Source: Haliotis cracherodii (lineage: Eukaryota). Taken from it: a stretch of 64,000 bases of DNA. The stretch spans positions 4,836,001-4,900,000 of the forward strand of contig NW_027266271.1 of the NCBI RefSeq assembly GCF_022045235.1, given 5' to 3'. The notes under the pieces are model-generated. The model was not told the origin of the DNA and searched no databases. It worked only from the letters and a program-made list of their open reading frames with translations. Positions 11,355 to 24,120 of this stretch are shown piece by piece (positions within the stretch are counted from its first letter, which is position 1; every line of letters begins with the position of its first letter). Made by a program: the position numbers and the translations under genes.

Positions 11355-11621
11355 GGGGGGTAGCTTAAAATGTTCCCGGTCTATCGTAGCAACTCACGCA
11401 TACTTTTCATTGTCAGCTTCCGTTTTCTGCATGATAGAAAAACTATTAGTTATACAGCAACGGCACATTTGTTAACACAAAACGTTTAAACCTCGCTGGG
11501 CTACGAACCTGCAATCTCTTGAATTGTAGTCCTTTACGCTAACAACTGTGCTAAGGAGATTGTTGACGTCACAAATATCATTTTTTTCTAGTCACAATTT
11601 ACTCAGCTTGGTTCGTTTGTA
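11355..11621 (-). repeat. Dispersed repeat with an internal tRNA-like segment, copy 2
   Basis: Homologous to 890-1143. Minus strand of 11488-11559 reads TCTCCTTAGCACAGTTGTTAGCG...GGACTACAATTC...GCAGGTTCGTAGCCCAGCGAGG. Confidence 0.7.
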
Positions 11622-11875
11622 CACTAACGTAAAACATATCTGTGCTTCATGTAAAGTTCAATAAAAATAAATTTAAACAATGCGTCTCTCAATAAACAGT
11701 CATGAAGATTCATTGATTCACAATATGCACGTGCATAGTAAAGCACGGCGCACAACTGGATGGAAACATGATACTCAAACACGTGTTGTTTTAAATGTGA
11801 ATAACACACAATAATTGTTTAGCCCTCATGTGCTCATAAAAACACTTTTGTTTTACCGTAAATAACGATTACGCA

Positions 11876-12281
11876 ATGACTCGGCTTGCTGAAAATCAAC
11901 GTCTGCCCGCCGTGAGTATGCTATAAAACAGGAAAGGCCAAAAGCGAAGTTGCCAGAACTTTTAGTGTTCATCGAAACACGATATCCTCCATTTGGAGAC
12001 GTCATCTACAGCAGGGCAGCACTCATCACTTGTAAAAGATATTTTTGAGGCAGCATAACATGAGTATACTGCCATGGCCGGCTCTTTCTCCAGACCTTTC
12101 CCCCATAGAACAAGTCTGGGATGAGATGGAACGACGCCTGTGAAAGGAAAAGAACCAGCCAGTAAAGTAATCTTTTGTTGACATTTGGAACAACTGGCTG
12201 TTTTTCATTCACCTCGTGCCTTCAATGCACCGCCGCTTCCTCGCCTGTATCAACACAAATGTTGGTCAGACCCACTATTGA
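11876..12281 (+). mobile_element. Internally deleted Tc1-family transposase remnant; element may span ~11622-12712
   Basis: MTRLAENQRLPAVSML..GKAKSEVARTFSVHRNTISSIWRR (paired-like HTH) is joined directly to FLRQHNMSILPWPALSPDLSPIEQVWDEMERRL and ...CINTNVGQTHY*; the first two catalytic Asp regions are deleted. Weak TIR similarity between TA-CACT at 11620 and CAGTG-TA at 12714. Confidence 0.85.
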
Positions 12282-13998
12282 TATTGTTCATTGTGTTGTT
12301 ACACCAACCCTCTCTTGGCCTGACCAAATAATATGTTGTTATTTTTAAAACATAACATTTACACCACTGTATATATAGCACAGTTACTCTACTTGTATAC
12401 ATTATTATGTAAATAGTGTACCAAGGTCATTTTATGTCCTGGTATATAATCATAAATGCTATGCAAGTGCCTATGAATTTATTTGCACATCTAATTTCAC
12501 TATATTGGCCATATTGTTATACATCATATCAATATTTGACTTCAAGCCCAATGATGTGCATAAGATGGTGTTGTGATAAGGTGGTGTTAGCTCCTTTCAT
12601 ACATTTAGAAGCTAAACGTGTTGAGATAGAACACACCAAATGTGTATTCCGTTTAAAATTTCCTAAACATGTTTTGTATGTGTTTACATTCTAAGCACAT
12701 TTTTTGACAGTGTAAAGATCCAACCCCAGAAAATACATCCGGTAACACATAGGTATATCTATGATATGTGATCGCACCCCTGTCTCTGACGCCTCGAGCC
12801 ATAGTGAATTCCTAACTGCAGAACACATAATATCATGGCCAGGTAAAAGTCAACCCTACATATACGAACAGGATACAGCAAAACGATGTAATGCACATAA
12901 CACAGATATTGATCAAAAAGGCTTATTGATGTTATTTTCCTCGTTCCGTTTAATAGAAACTATTCGTATTCGTTTAAACAACTATTTGTTTCTGGAATGG
13001 GCCAAGCTGTCAACGTTATGGCGACTACTAATAACAAGTTCATCTAAAAATCACCCCACTTTAATATCATACAAACTTTACTAAATAGAACCTCTTGTTT
13101 AGGGGAAACATATTTTAATCTTATGAAAAGGATCGAGCACAAGTCATCACAACATAGAACGTCCCATACAATAGATCTTCATGTATGCTTATTTACAATT
13201 AATGAATTACATGGCACAAAAGAACAAAGAAAAATAGAGAAAAGTATGTACATTAATATTGCTCGCTCGAACCGTTTTCTTTTCTATATATATATATGAA
13301 TGCGCATTCCTAAACATGTTTTCGTTCACATGATTAGGTAAAGCTGCATTGTCAATTATCATCAAATTAATATTAACATCAGAAGTACGTTTCACAGTTT
13401 ACAATATTGAGTGTATCAATTCGTTTTTTAGCTTATATAAAAAATGGACATTCAGTGAAATATGTTTTGAATTTCACAAGGGTTGCCACGTCGGCATTTT
13501 GGTTCCTCGCTTAACCCTTTTCTGAATAAAATGAATAAATTTTAATTCACTATCTCCATATCTTAATGTTGTATGCATTGTTGTCATTTTCCTGAGACCA
13601 TATGAGAAAAAAATCGGTATTAATACGTATGTAAGTGTACCGCTGTGTAATCCCAACCAATCAGATACGGTCACGAGAAGTCAAGAACTGATATATCATT
13701 CTTGACAAAATGTCAAACAAGAAACTTTTATCGACGAGAGGAATTCTTAAAAGTTATATTCGATGTCATAAGGAGCAGCAGTTATACCGTCTAGGTGAAC
13801 ACGTCCATGCTGTACAGGCGTTGTTCGAGCTGACTGCATAACATCGAGTCCACCGAGTGTCAACATGGCGCCATTGTTTATGGCATCGTCAATGATGCCC
13901 CTGTATCCTGCTCATTAACCTGGCCATCAGAAATAAACAATTGGAGGCATTGTGCGGTAGTCTGGATATTGATGTCTGAGTTGACATATAGAGAATCC

Positions 13999-14070
13999 CA
14001 CCCGATTGTCTTTTGATATCAAATGTTTCAATGAATGTTGATACATTTGATATCAAAAGACACTCGGGTG
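13999..14070. repeat. 33-bp-arm inverted repeat (hairpin), probable collapsed MITE
   Basis: 13999-14031 vs 14038-14070: 31/33 complementary, 6-nt loop TGAATG. Confidence 0.85.
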
Positions 14071-14432
14071 ATATTTTATTTATCAAACAACATCATTCTT
14101 ACTATTTTATCAGTTTGTGGACAGTAATAAGCAGTGTCTTACATGTAAAAAGTACTCTAACAGCTTTAGGAGCAGGGCCATTAGTGATGTCATTTGATTG
14201 TGACGTCATGGTAACCAATGAAGTCACAATGGTCTACAAAGCATTGTGATGCAATTTCACTGCAGGGATATCTACAATGTGGGGGCCAGTTTGGGATGAT
14301 AAATGGTCTAACTATGACGATAACGATGATGATGATCGTTCGCTGCCATCTCTGGCCAATTATTCTAAATGATTATGCTGAGTAAGAGCGTTGACGAGCT
14401 GGAACCATAGTCATAATCTTATATTTTTTGCA

Positions 14433-14610
14433 TGAGCATTCAAAGGGATAAAAACAGGGCATTAAACGTACATACATGATATATTTTGTTTTCATGAAAG
14501 TTGTATCAAAATAACCATCACGCTTGTCTATGTTATATCTTTGATCCCGCCGTATTGATAACAACCATTTTTTGAACGTTTAATGCCCTGTTTTTATCCC
14601 ATTGAATGCT

Positions 14611-14681
<71 letters not shown>

Positions 14682-14780
14682 TGTACATACATGATATATT
14701 TTGTTTTCATGAAAGTTGTATCAAAATAACCATCACGCTTGTCTATGTTATATCTTTGATCCCGCCGTATTGATAACAAC
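14433..14780. repeat. Compound local duplication A-B-A'(inverted)-(TA)n-B
   Basis: A 14433-14469 and A' 14576-14612 are inverted (36/37). B 14468-14565 and 14683-14780 are identical over 98 bp. (AT)~31 lies at 14613-14675. Confidence 0.92.
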
Positions 14781-14794
14781 AAAAATACATATCT

Positions 14795-16342
14795 TTTGTC
14801 GCCATGCATAATGGTATAACATCGCCATGTGTCACCATACACAGTGGTATAAAATCGTCATGTGTCGCCATACAAAGTGGTATGACATCGTCATGTGTCG
14901 CCATGCACAATGGTATACCATCGTCATGTGTCGCCATGCGCAGTGGTATAACATCGTCATGTGTCGCCATGCACAGTGGTATAACATCGTCATGTATCGC
15001 CATGTACAGTGTTATAACATCGTCATATGTCGCCATGCACAGTGGTATATATAACATCGTCATGTGTCGCCATGCACAACGGTATAACATCGTCATGTGT
15101 CGCCATGCACAGTTGTATAACATCGTCATCTGTCAACATGCACAATGGTATAACATCGTTATGTTTCGCCATGCACAATGGTATAACATCGTCATGTGTC
15201 GCCATGCACAATGGACTAACATCGTCATGTGTCGCCATGCACAATGGTACAACATCGTCTTGTGTCGCCATGCACAGTGTTATAACATCGTCATGTGTCG
15301 CCATGCACAGTGGTATATATAACATCGTCATGTGTCGGCATGAACAATGGTATATATAACATCGTCACGTTTCGCCATGCACAACGTCATGACATCGTCA
15401 TGTGTCGCCATGCACAGTGGTATATATAACATCGTCATGTGTCGCCATGCACAATGGCATAACATCGTCATTTGTCGCCATGCCCAATGGCATAATATCG
15501 TCATGTGTCTCCATCCACAGTGGTATATATAACATCGTCATGTGTCGCCATGCACAATGGTATAACATCGTCATGTGTCGCCATGCACAATGGTATAACA
15601 TCGTCATGTGTCGCCATGCATAGTGTTATAACATCGTCATGTGTCGCCATGCACAGTGGTATATATAACATCGTCATCTTTCGCATTGCACAACGGCATA
15701 ACATCGTCATAACATCGTCATGTGTCAACATGCACAGTGGTATAACATCGTCATGTGTCAACATGCACAATGGTATTACATCTTCATGTGTTGCCATATG
15801 CAATGGTATTACATCGTTATGTTTCGCCATGCACAATGGTATAACATCGTCATGTGTCGCCATGCACAATGGTATAATATCGTCATGTGTCACCATGCAC
15901 AATGGTACAACATCGTCTTGTGTCGCCATGCACAGTGTTATAACATCGTCATGTGTCGCCATGCACAGTGGTATATATAACATCGTCATGTGTCGCCATG
16001 CACAACGGCATAATATCGTCATAACATCGTCATGTGTCGCCATGCACAGTGGTATAACATCGTCATGTGTCAACATGCACAATGGTATAACATCGTCATG
16101 TGTCGCCATGCACAGTGGTATATATAACATCGTCATGTGTCGCCATGCACAACGGCATAATATCGTCATAACATCGTCATGTGTCGCCATGCACAGTGGT
16201 ATAACATCGTCATGTGTCAACATGCACAATGGTATAACATCGTCATGTGTCGCCATGCACAATGGTATAACATCGTCATGTGTCGCCATGCACAATGGTA
16301 TAACATCGTCATGTGTCGCCATGCACAATGGCATAACATCGT
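14795..16342. repeat. 33-bp minisatellite (GTCGCCATGCACAATGGTATAACATCGTCATGT)
   Basis: 11-aa periodicity in ORFs; variants with +4 (ATAT) and +11 insertions. Confidence 0.96.
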
Positions 16343-17472
16343 CCACAGGGGTATAAGATTGCGTCGTCAGGCACAGGGTTATAACATTTCGTCGCCTGGC
16401 TCGGTGGTATAAGATTGCGTTGCCAGGCACAGTGTTATAACATTCCACCTTCAGGCACAGTGGTATAAGATTGCGTCTTCAGGCAAAGTGGCACAAAATT
16501 GGGTCGCAAGGCACAGTGTTATAACATTGTGTCGCCAGACACAGTGGTATAACATAACGTCTCCACGCACAGTGGTATAACATCGCGTCGCCAGGCTTAG
16601 TGGTTTAACGTTACGTCATCAGCCACAGTGGTATAACATTACGTCTCCAGGCACAGTGGTATAACATCGCGTCGCCAGGCACAGTGGTTTTAAATCGCGT
16701 CGCAAGGCTCAGTGGTATAACATTACGTCTCCAGCCGCAGTGGCATAACATCGTGTCACCAGGCACAGTGCCATAACATCGCGTCGCCAGGCACAGTGGT
16801 TTAACATCGCGTCTCCAGCCACAGTGGTATAACATCGCACCGCCAGTCACATTGGTATAAGATTGCGTCGCCAGGCACAGTGGTATATTATTACGTCTCC
16901 AGCCACAGTGGTATAAAATCACGTCTCCAGTCACAGTGGTACAGCTCTACGTCTCCAGCCACAGTGGTATAACATCACGTCACCAGACTCAGTGGTATAA
17001 CATCGCGTCACCAGACTCAGTGGTACAACATCACGTCTCCAGCCCCAGTGGTATAACATCGCCCTGCCAGGCACATTGGTATAAGATTGCGTCGCCAGGC
17101 ACAGTGGTATAACATTACGTCTCCAGTCACAGTGGTATAACATTACGTCGCCAGAAAGAGTGGTGTAAGATTGCGTCGCTAGGCACAGTGGTTTAACATT
17201 AAGTCTCTAGGCACAGTGGTAGAACATTACGTCGCCAGACAGAGTGGTATAACATCACGTCTCCAGTCACAGTGGTATAACACTACGTCTCCAGGCACAG
17301 TGGTATAACATCACGTCTCCAGCCACAGTGGTATAACATCGCGCCGCCAGGCACATTGGTCAAGATTGCGTCGCCAGTCTCAGTGGTATAACATTACGTC
17401 CCCAGCCACAGTGGTATAACATCACGTTGTCCAGCCACAGTGGTATAAGATTGTCATGTGTCGCAATGCACA
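16343..17472. repeat. 28-bp minisatellite (GTCGCCAGGCACAGTGGTATAACATCGC), a deletion relative of the 33-mer
   Basis: ACAGTGG at 16541 and 16569; returns to a 33-mer-type unit at ~17452. Confidence 0.93.
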
Positions 17473-20400
17473 GCAGTACATCAAATGTAATTGAGAAAGC
17501 ATGTCGTCATTGCAATTTCGATACTGCTTTGTAATCCTAGTGAGTTAAAATTCGTCTCATCGGCATTGTTTAAGCCATATAGCGAACTTGCAATCATGAC
17601 TAATAACACAGGTGAAAACATGTACAGAGACATGAAACGTTGAATAGATAACAACTTCTTTCACACTATGAAGGGGCAAGAAGTTGAAGTGAAACGCAGT
17701 CACAAACATTAAAGCAGGAAAATGTTTCACTTGTTCATGTTCCGTTTAACCTCAATCAAAGACTTCATCCAACATACATAGATAATTATCACATAATGGG
17801 TACGTTTCTCTGCAGGGTAAAGCCAACGGATGAAAACGACATCCGTCGGGGTCATATGCGGATAGAGATGAAAATATCAAAGATCAAGTAGGGACTACTT
17901 TTAGTGTTCACAAACAAACTTGGCGTCGTCCTTGTCATTCGGTGATCGAGTCAGAATTAACCATCTGGAATTTGGAGAAACAACTGGGATAACTGCTGTC
18001 ATTATCAGAAGAATAGTCTGATATACCGAAATTCAGTGTCTAATTGTGACGTAGCTATGGCATTTTTACAAGTTTTGGCAACTTTGGAGATATGAATTGC
18101 GAAATAATTTAGCGAGGACACCAACCTAGCGGGATCAGTTTCCATAGCTTCGCTTGTATACCTCCCGTGTGGGAATTGTTACTTTGTTTCGTTTCGTCGG
18201 TGTATGTACATCTGACTGCACTTCGTAACGTTATGACTGGACAGGCAGACTCTAAAGAAACGTGAAGTCTCAAAGACATTGGTAAGAGTAGCTTCCCTTT
18301 GATAGAGGGCAGTTACTCTACGGACAGACCGATGGAGTGCCGCGAAAGGCAAGTAGAAACAATTTGTGTCGGCAATTGTTGTTTTGCCTATATTTGGTTA
18401 CGCCACTGTATAAGTAACAGGTTTCAGTTGGAACTATATTGACTGCTGTCACTGTCCGACGGACACATCACTAACCTTATAGCGTAATTTATATTAATGC
18501 GTACATTCCAGAAAAAACTTGCAATATTTTGGTAATGTTTGCGAGAGATGGGAAGAGATTTTTTATGACGTAATATGATACAGAGATTATCACACTTGTG
18601 TGTTTCGGGATTGTAAATATCCTTATTAGGAAAAACATTATGTATTAAGCTGGCCAAGGTTCTCTAAGCACAATGTTTATTCCTAATACAGGATAGTTGC
18701 CATCCCCAGACACACTCGCGTGATAACCTCCACATATCTTTAAAAGTAGCCTCTAATTTCAAGTAGGAAAATGAAATATATATATCATATGTCCACAGAC
18801 TTTAGATAGTGGGATGAGTTTGCAAAGGAAATATCCTCGAGCGGAAAATATTCCCTAGGGAGCAAACCATATTGAATACACGCCGGTCCGGTTTGTTCTG
18901 TTTGTGCCCATGTTTGTTATAAGCTCTGGCATTATGCAGGTGGCCCAGGATTTAATGCATAAAATCCTCCTGAAAGGACATACATATAACATTAACTTTG
19001 ACTCGCAACGATACTTACGAAACTATAGCTTGTATTTGAAACAAAGTGTTGTTACAGAATAGCCAGATAATCGTTTCTCAATGCTATTTATTTAATTAAA
19101 ATAAAGAAATAAAAGGATAAGGTGGAGGTACGTGCAGGGATGCTTGCCCCTCCCTCTCCAGCTAATTACGTGACTTGGGTAACAAGGCGACATAACTGAC
19201 AGCTCTGGGTGTCTACAGACATCACAAAAACACCGTTGACGGTCATGTCTATACACCACGATTTATTTACATCTTGCCACTTTATGTGTTTCCAGGTTTG
19301 CAGAAAAGTTACAAGAATTTGGCACACGTTTCAAGCGCGAGGTTGGCAGCTCTCTAAAGATACTAGGTCTGCGATACTTACGAGGGAGGAAGTATTTCTT
19401 CACTGTCCGCGTGTCAATTGTGCTACTGAAAGAACCATACATTATTATGTACCTGTGAAAGTGTTATATATCACCCTACGATGTATTGTATTGTCCTTTT
19501 GTAGTCGTTTGTAAAAGTTAGAGATTCCACCTTCCTGTAATCAATGCTAAATCAAGGCATTTAGAGGTTGCTGTCTGCATATAGAGATGGTTGGCATTTA
19601 CATGCATTACATCACAAGCGTCAACATGTAGATCCATGCACGGGGCCGGTATGCAGTCTTAGTAGACATCTGTTTGGATAAACTGTTTGCTCCTGTAACA
19701 ATAGCAACGTACATTTAACCTAGTGTTTGATGTAATATTACTTGGTTCTATTTTGTTATCAAGTAGAGACATAACAATTGGTGAGACTATACTATGGCAT
19801 CTTGATGTTGCCCAGTTTCCTGGGACGTCTGGACACGGTACCGCCAGGGTGCCGCCAGGCGGGGGTACAACTGTCGTGCAGCAGACACTACCAGCCCCTC
19901 GTAAAGCACCGCTCGTAAATTGCGACCAGCCGACATGTAATTGGGAATCGGCAGGAATTGATGTTTTGCCAGTAATGCACCGCGTTATTACGACGTGTTT
20001 TTCTTCACAAACGTACTTACTGAACTATGTTTATCCAGTGAGGAGTTTGACACACAGTCTAGATGACATGACGAGGGGCTACTTACACATCCTGTTCCAG
20101 GATTCGCAAAATGGTGTGGATCTCCAAACAAATTCATTGTTTTTTATCACATTAACTCAATCCGTTACACATGCTCCCACAGTGTAAACAGACAGCCACT
20201 GATTCCGTGTATAAGCAGGTAGCCATAAATGTATTGTGCTATCCCGTGCAGATCGCGGGTGTGAATCACGGAATGGTCATACTTTATCTACTATCTTTGC
20301 TCGATTTTTGCCATATTTACCAGCAACGCATCTGCTTTTAGCCTAGAGGTGATGTCAGTAGTTAGCTGTCACTGTCCCCAGCCTTTATGCGATTGCTCTA

Positions 20401-21319
20401 AGCAAAACTATACAACAGGTACATGCAGGATAACGTCACTTCGACGTCAATCATTTTGTGTCTCCCCGTCAAGGATTATTTAAGACGCCTTATTCATATT
20501 CATATGTATTAACATATATGATAAGAAACGAACTAATGTGATGTGACACTTATACTCCAGTAGACCCCCAATTACTAATTCCAAGGGTCCTTACAGGAAA
20601 TAAGAGTGTCCTGTAAAGTAAACAAATGGTGTCGTGAACTGTACTGTAAAAAATAATTATTCTTTAATTACAGTATCTTTATATTAGTTGTCTTGTGTCT
20701 TTATATTTTGGTACAATGAAACTTATTACGCGTTCCTCGTGACGCAATATATAAATATCTTTTTATGCGTCCATTCTATACATTTGTTCGTACTGGACGA
20801 AACACATTTCAGCATGACTTAAAACCCTAACCGCATAATTCCGCCCACACCTCTAGCCAGGGTCAGGAGCAGTCGTGGCCATCTTAATAGACGGAAACGC
20901 AAAAATTAAAGTTTATTCCACAGCTGTTCGTGCTTCTAATATTTCATGATGAATGATTTTATCCTTTTCAGCCAAGAATGGGAAAACGACAACCATAGCA
21001 TTTGCAATGTACGAAAGGTGAAAGAACAGACCCAAATCCATATTATTTCTTGGTTTGGCTTACAGACCACATCATGCCTGGACACGTTGACTCGTGTAAA
21101 TCATAAACAAAGAGGGAATACAAGTATTTGCGACATTTCTTATGTCATTCTATTAGTGAATGGTACAAAACAGAAACATTTGTATCTCTCACCAAATGAT
21201 TTAGTCCAGACAAAAGAATTCCCGGTATTTATGTTGTGTTCTACATTTCCCGTATATTCTCGAGAAAAGCATCTATGTTCATAAAACACAGCTATGCAGA
21301 ACAGACTAAACAAAATTGA

Positions 21320-22640
21320 GATAGACACCGTAGACAAGGCTACAGTACACAGACAATACACGAGGAGAGATAGACAGTATTGACAAAGTTAGAATACACA
21401 GGCTGTAAACTAAGGGAGGCAGACCGTTGACAAGGTTGCAATACACATGCCATCAACCAGGAGACTTTGATATTATATACAAGGTTACAATACATAGACC
21501 ATCAACCAGGACAGATAGACAGAGTAGACAAGACCTTCAACTTGGGGATAAATATACTACAGACAAGGTTACATTACACAGATCATCAACTAGGAGAGAC
21601 AGACACAGTAGACACATACCATCACTGTAGATACAGACCATCAACTTGGGGATAAATATACTACAGACAAGGTTATATAACATAGAACACCAACCAGGAG
21701 ATATATATACTACAGACAAGGCTACAATACATAGACCATACCAGGAGATATATATGCTACAGACAAGTCTACAATACATATACCATCAACCAGGAGAGAT
21801 ATACTTTAGCCAATGCTACAATACATAGACCATCAACTAGGAGATATATATACTACAGACAAGGCTACAATACATAGACCATCAACTAGGAGGGATATAT
21901 ACTACAGACAAGTCTACAATACATAGACCATCAACCAGGAGAGATATATACTACAGTCAATGCTAAAATACATAGACCATCAACCAGGAGATATATATAC
22001 TACAGACAAGTCTACAATACATAGACCATCAACCAGGAGAGATATATACTACAGTCAATGCTAAAATACATAGACCATCAACTAGGAGATATATATACTA
22101 CAGACAAGTCTACAATACATAGACCAACAACCAGGAGATATATATACTACAGACAATGCTACAATACATAGACCATCAACCAGGAGATATGTATACTACA
22201 GACAAGGCTTCAATACATAGACCAACAACCAGGAGATATATACTACAGACAAGTCTACAATACATAGACCATCAACCAGGAGAGATATATACTACAGTCA
22301 ATGCCAAATTACATAGACCATCAACTAGGAGATATATATACTACAGACAGGTCTACAATACATAGACTATCAACCAGGAGATATGTATACTATAGACAAG
22401 GCTTCAATACATAGACCAACAACCAGGAGATATATACTACAAACAAGGTTACAATACATAGACCATCAACCAGGAGATATGTATACTACAGACAAGGCTA
22501 CAATACATAGACCATCAACCAGGAGATATGTATACTACAGACAAGGCTACAATACATAGACCATCAACTAGGAGATATATATACTACAGACAAGGCTACA
22601 CTACACATACCATCAGCTAGGAGAGACAGAGATATACATA
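21320..22640. repeat. ~49-bp minisatellite (TACTACAGACAAGGCTACAATACATAGACCATCAACCAGGAGATATATA)
   Basis: TACTACAG at 21851, 21900, 21949 and 21998; degenerate left edge. Confidence 0.95.
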
Positions 22641-22644
22641 AGGT

Positions 22645-24120
22645 GTTTCTTTAAATTCCATATGAAGTGGCAGAAAGACATTATGATGCTTTGCCAAGTA
22701 TCGTAATCAAGTTCGTTAGTCAAGTCATGGACATCTGCACCGAGAAAGAATGAAAGCATATCATCATCGTCAAGCATACCTATTGTCACGCATACATCTA
22801 CAACAAGTTTATCAATCAGGCATGAGAAGAAATTATTTCTGTCCGGCATAAACATTTCACAGTGCAAAATAATATGGCAATCATAGTCATAGCAATGTCT
22901 ATTACAATGGTTACATTCTTTCGACACTTTTGCTCTTGATCCGATGTTAATACAAAGTTGCAGGGGTTGTCTTAAATGTGGATAGAGATACATTACATTA
23001 TAAAAAAACATGCATTTGTAACCGTTTATGAATTTTATGGTATCGTGAAACATCTGGTCTCTGTGCTAGTCTCTCTCTCAATATGTACTGTTCATTCTCT
23101 GATAGACGTCTGATTACTAGAGCTCGCCAAGCCGATTTAGTTGGGAATGAACCGCCATAAGTATATCCCTTTATATAGTTATCCAAATGGTATTTTTTAG
23201 CAGTATATAGAAGGATGTTGCATATGCTTACTGGACGGCTAATATTGACAATAGCGTTGGTAGCAATGTGAGCACAAAATAGGTCTTTTGTTATTGAGTT
23301 ACAATCGTTATTGCAGAGCCTTCCTAATAATTGTAGTCTACATTTATCAAAGTAGCCATTCATTGACCACATGCCCAAGTAAGAAATAGACGAATCGTTT
23401 GGATGTCTTTTACCAAAACCTTGTATATGACGAGCAAAGTAACGTTGTGTACATTTAATCATTTCAAATTCTTTACCGTATAGGGCTGGTAACAATTCAC
23501 ATCCATAAAAGCTTGTAGATAAAATTATTCTTTTCCATATATTGAGGTCTGAATCTTTGAGGCCGAGTGATCGTAGTGAATTAACACATTTTCTTGCTTT
23601 TGAGCAACATGTCATGATTCTTTCTTTACAGGATAAATTACTGTTTATGATTATTCCGCCATATTTGACGGAGTCGGAGGTGTCAATTATTGCATCGCCA
23701 AACTTGTAGGTTACTTTATTATGACGCTGGCGTGTTTTGTAGAATACTCTGTGATTTACTCTTGGAGGCATTATAGGTGAGTCTCCATTTGTTGGCAGAT
23801 AAACGAACTTAATCAAGGGAAGACTGTAAGCCCCGTGGGGTTGTAGACAAGAGCGTTGCGTCATCGGCCAATAGCACACAGGGTATGTAGATGCCATAAA
23901 TAGAGAGGCAATCGTTTGCTTTCCTTAGTTCACATATAAGGTCATTTATGAAAACGAGAAAGAACCATGCTGACATAACTCGACCTTGCCCAACACCTTG
24001 TTTAATGGGAAACTCATCAGATCTTTCTCCGTTGTAGGATATAAAAGCACAGCTGTTTGTATAGCAATGGAAAAGTAAGTTCCATAATTTACCCTTCACA
24101 AATAGACCGTCGTGCCAGAC
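22645..24120 (-). mobile_element. 5'-truncated, frameshifted LINE ORF2 (RT C-half to zinc knuckle), RTE-X-like
   Basis: ORF 23809..24099: QGVGQGRVMSAWFFLVFINDL...VLLADD. ORF 22998..23897: KYGGII, FYGCEL, QRYFARHIQGF. ORF 22613..23053: CNHC...HIILHC. Confidence 0.88.

Noticed and set aside
14743-16934. Cys/Met/His-rich repeat ORFs suggestive of metal-binding proteins
   Set aside because: Satellite translations on both strands, broken by +4 and +11 indels.
19723-20187. 154-aa plus-strand ORF in unique DNA
   Set aside because: GTG start, no recognisable domain or splice support; treated as a non-coding island.
20201-20274. ATTCCGTG/CACGGAAT inverted repeat with a B-box-like segment
   Set aside because: Too degenerate to call a tRNA or SINE head.
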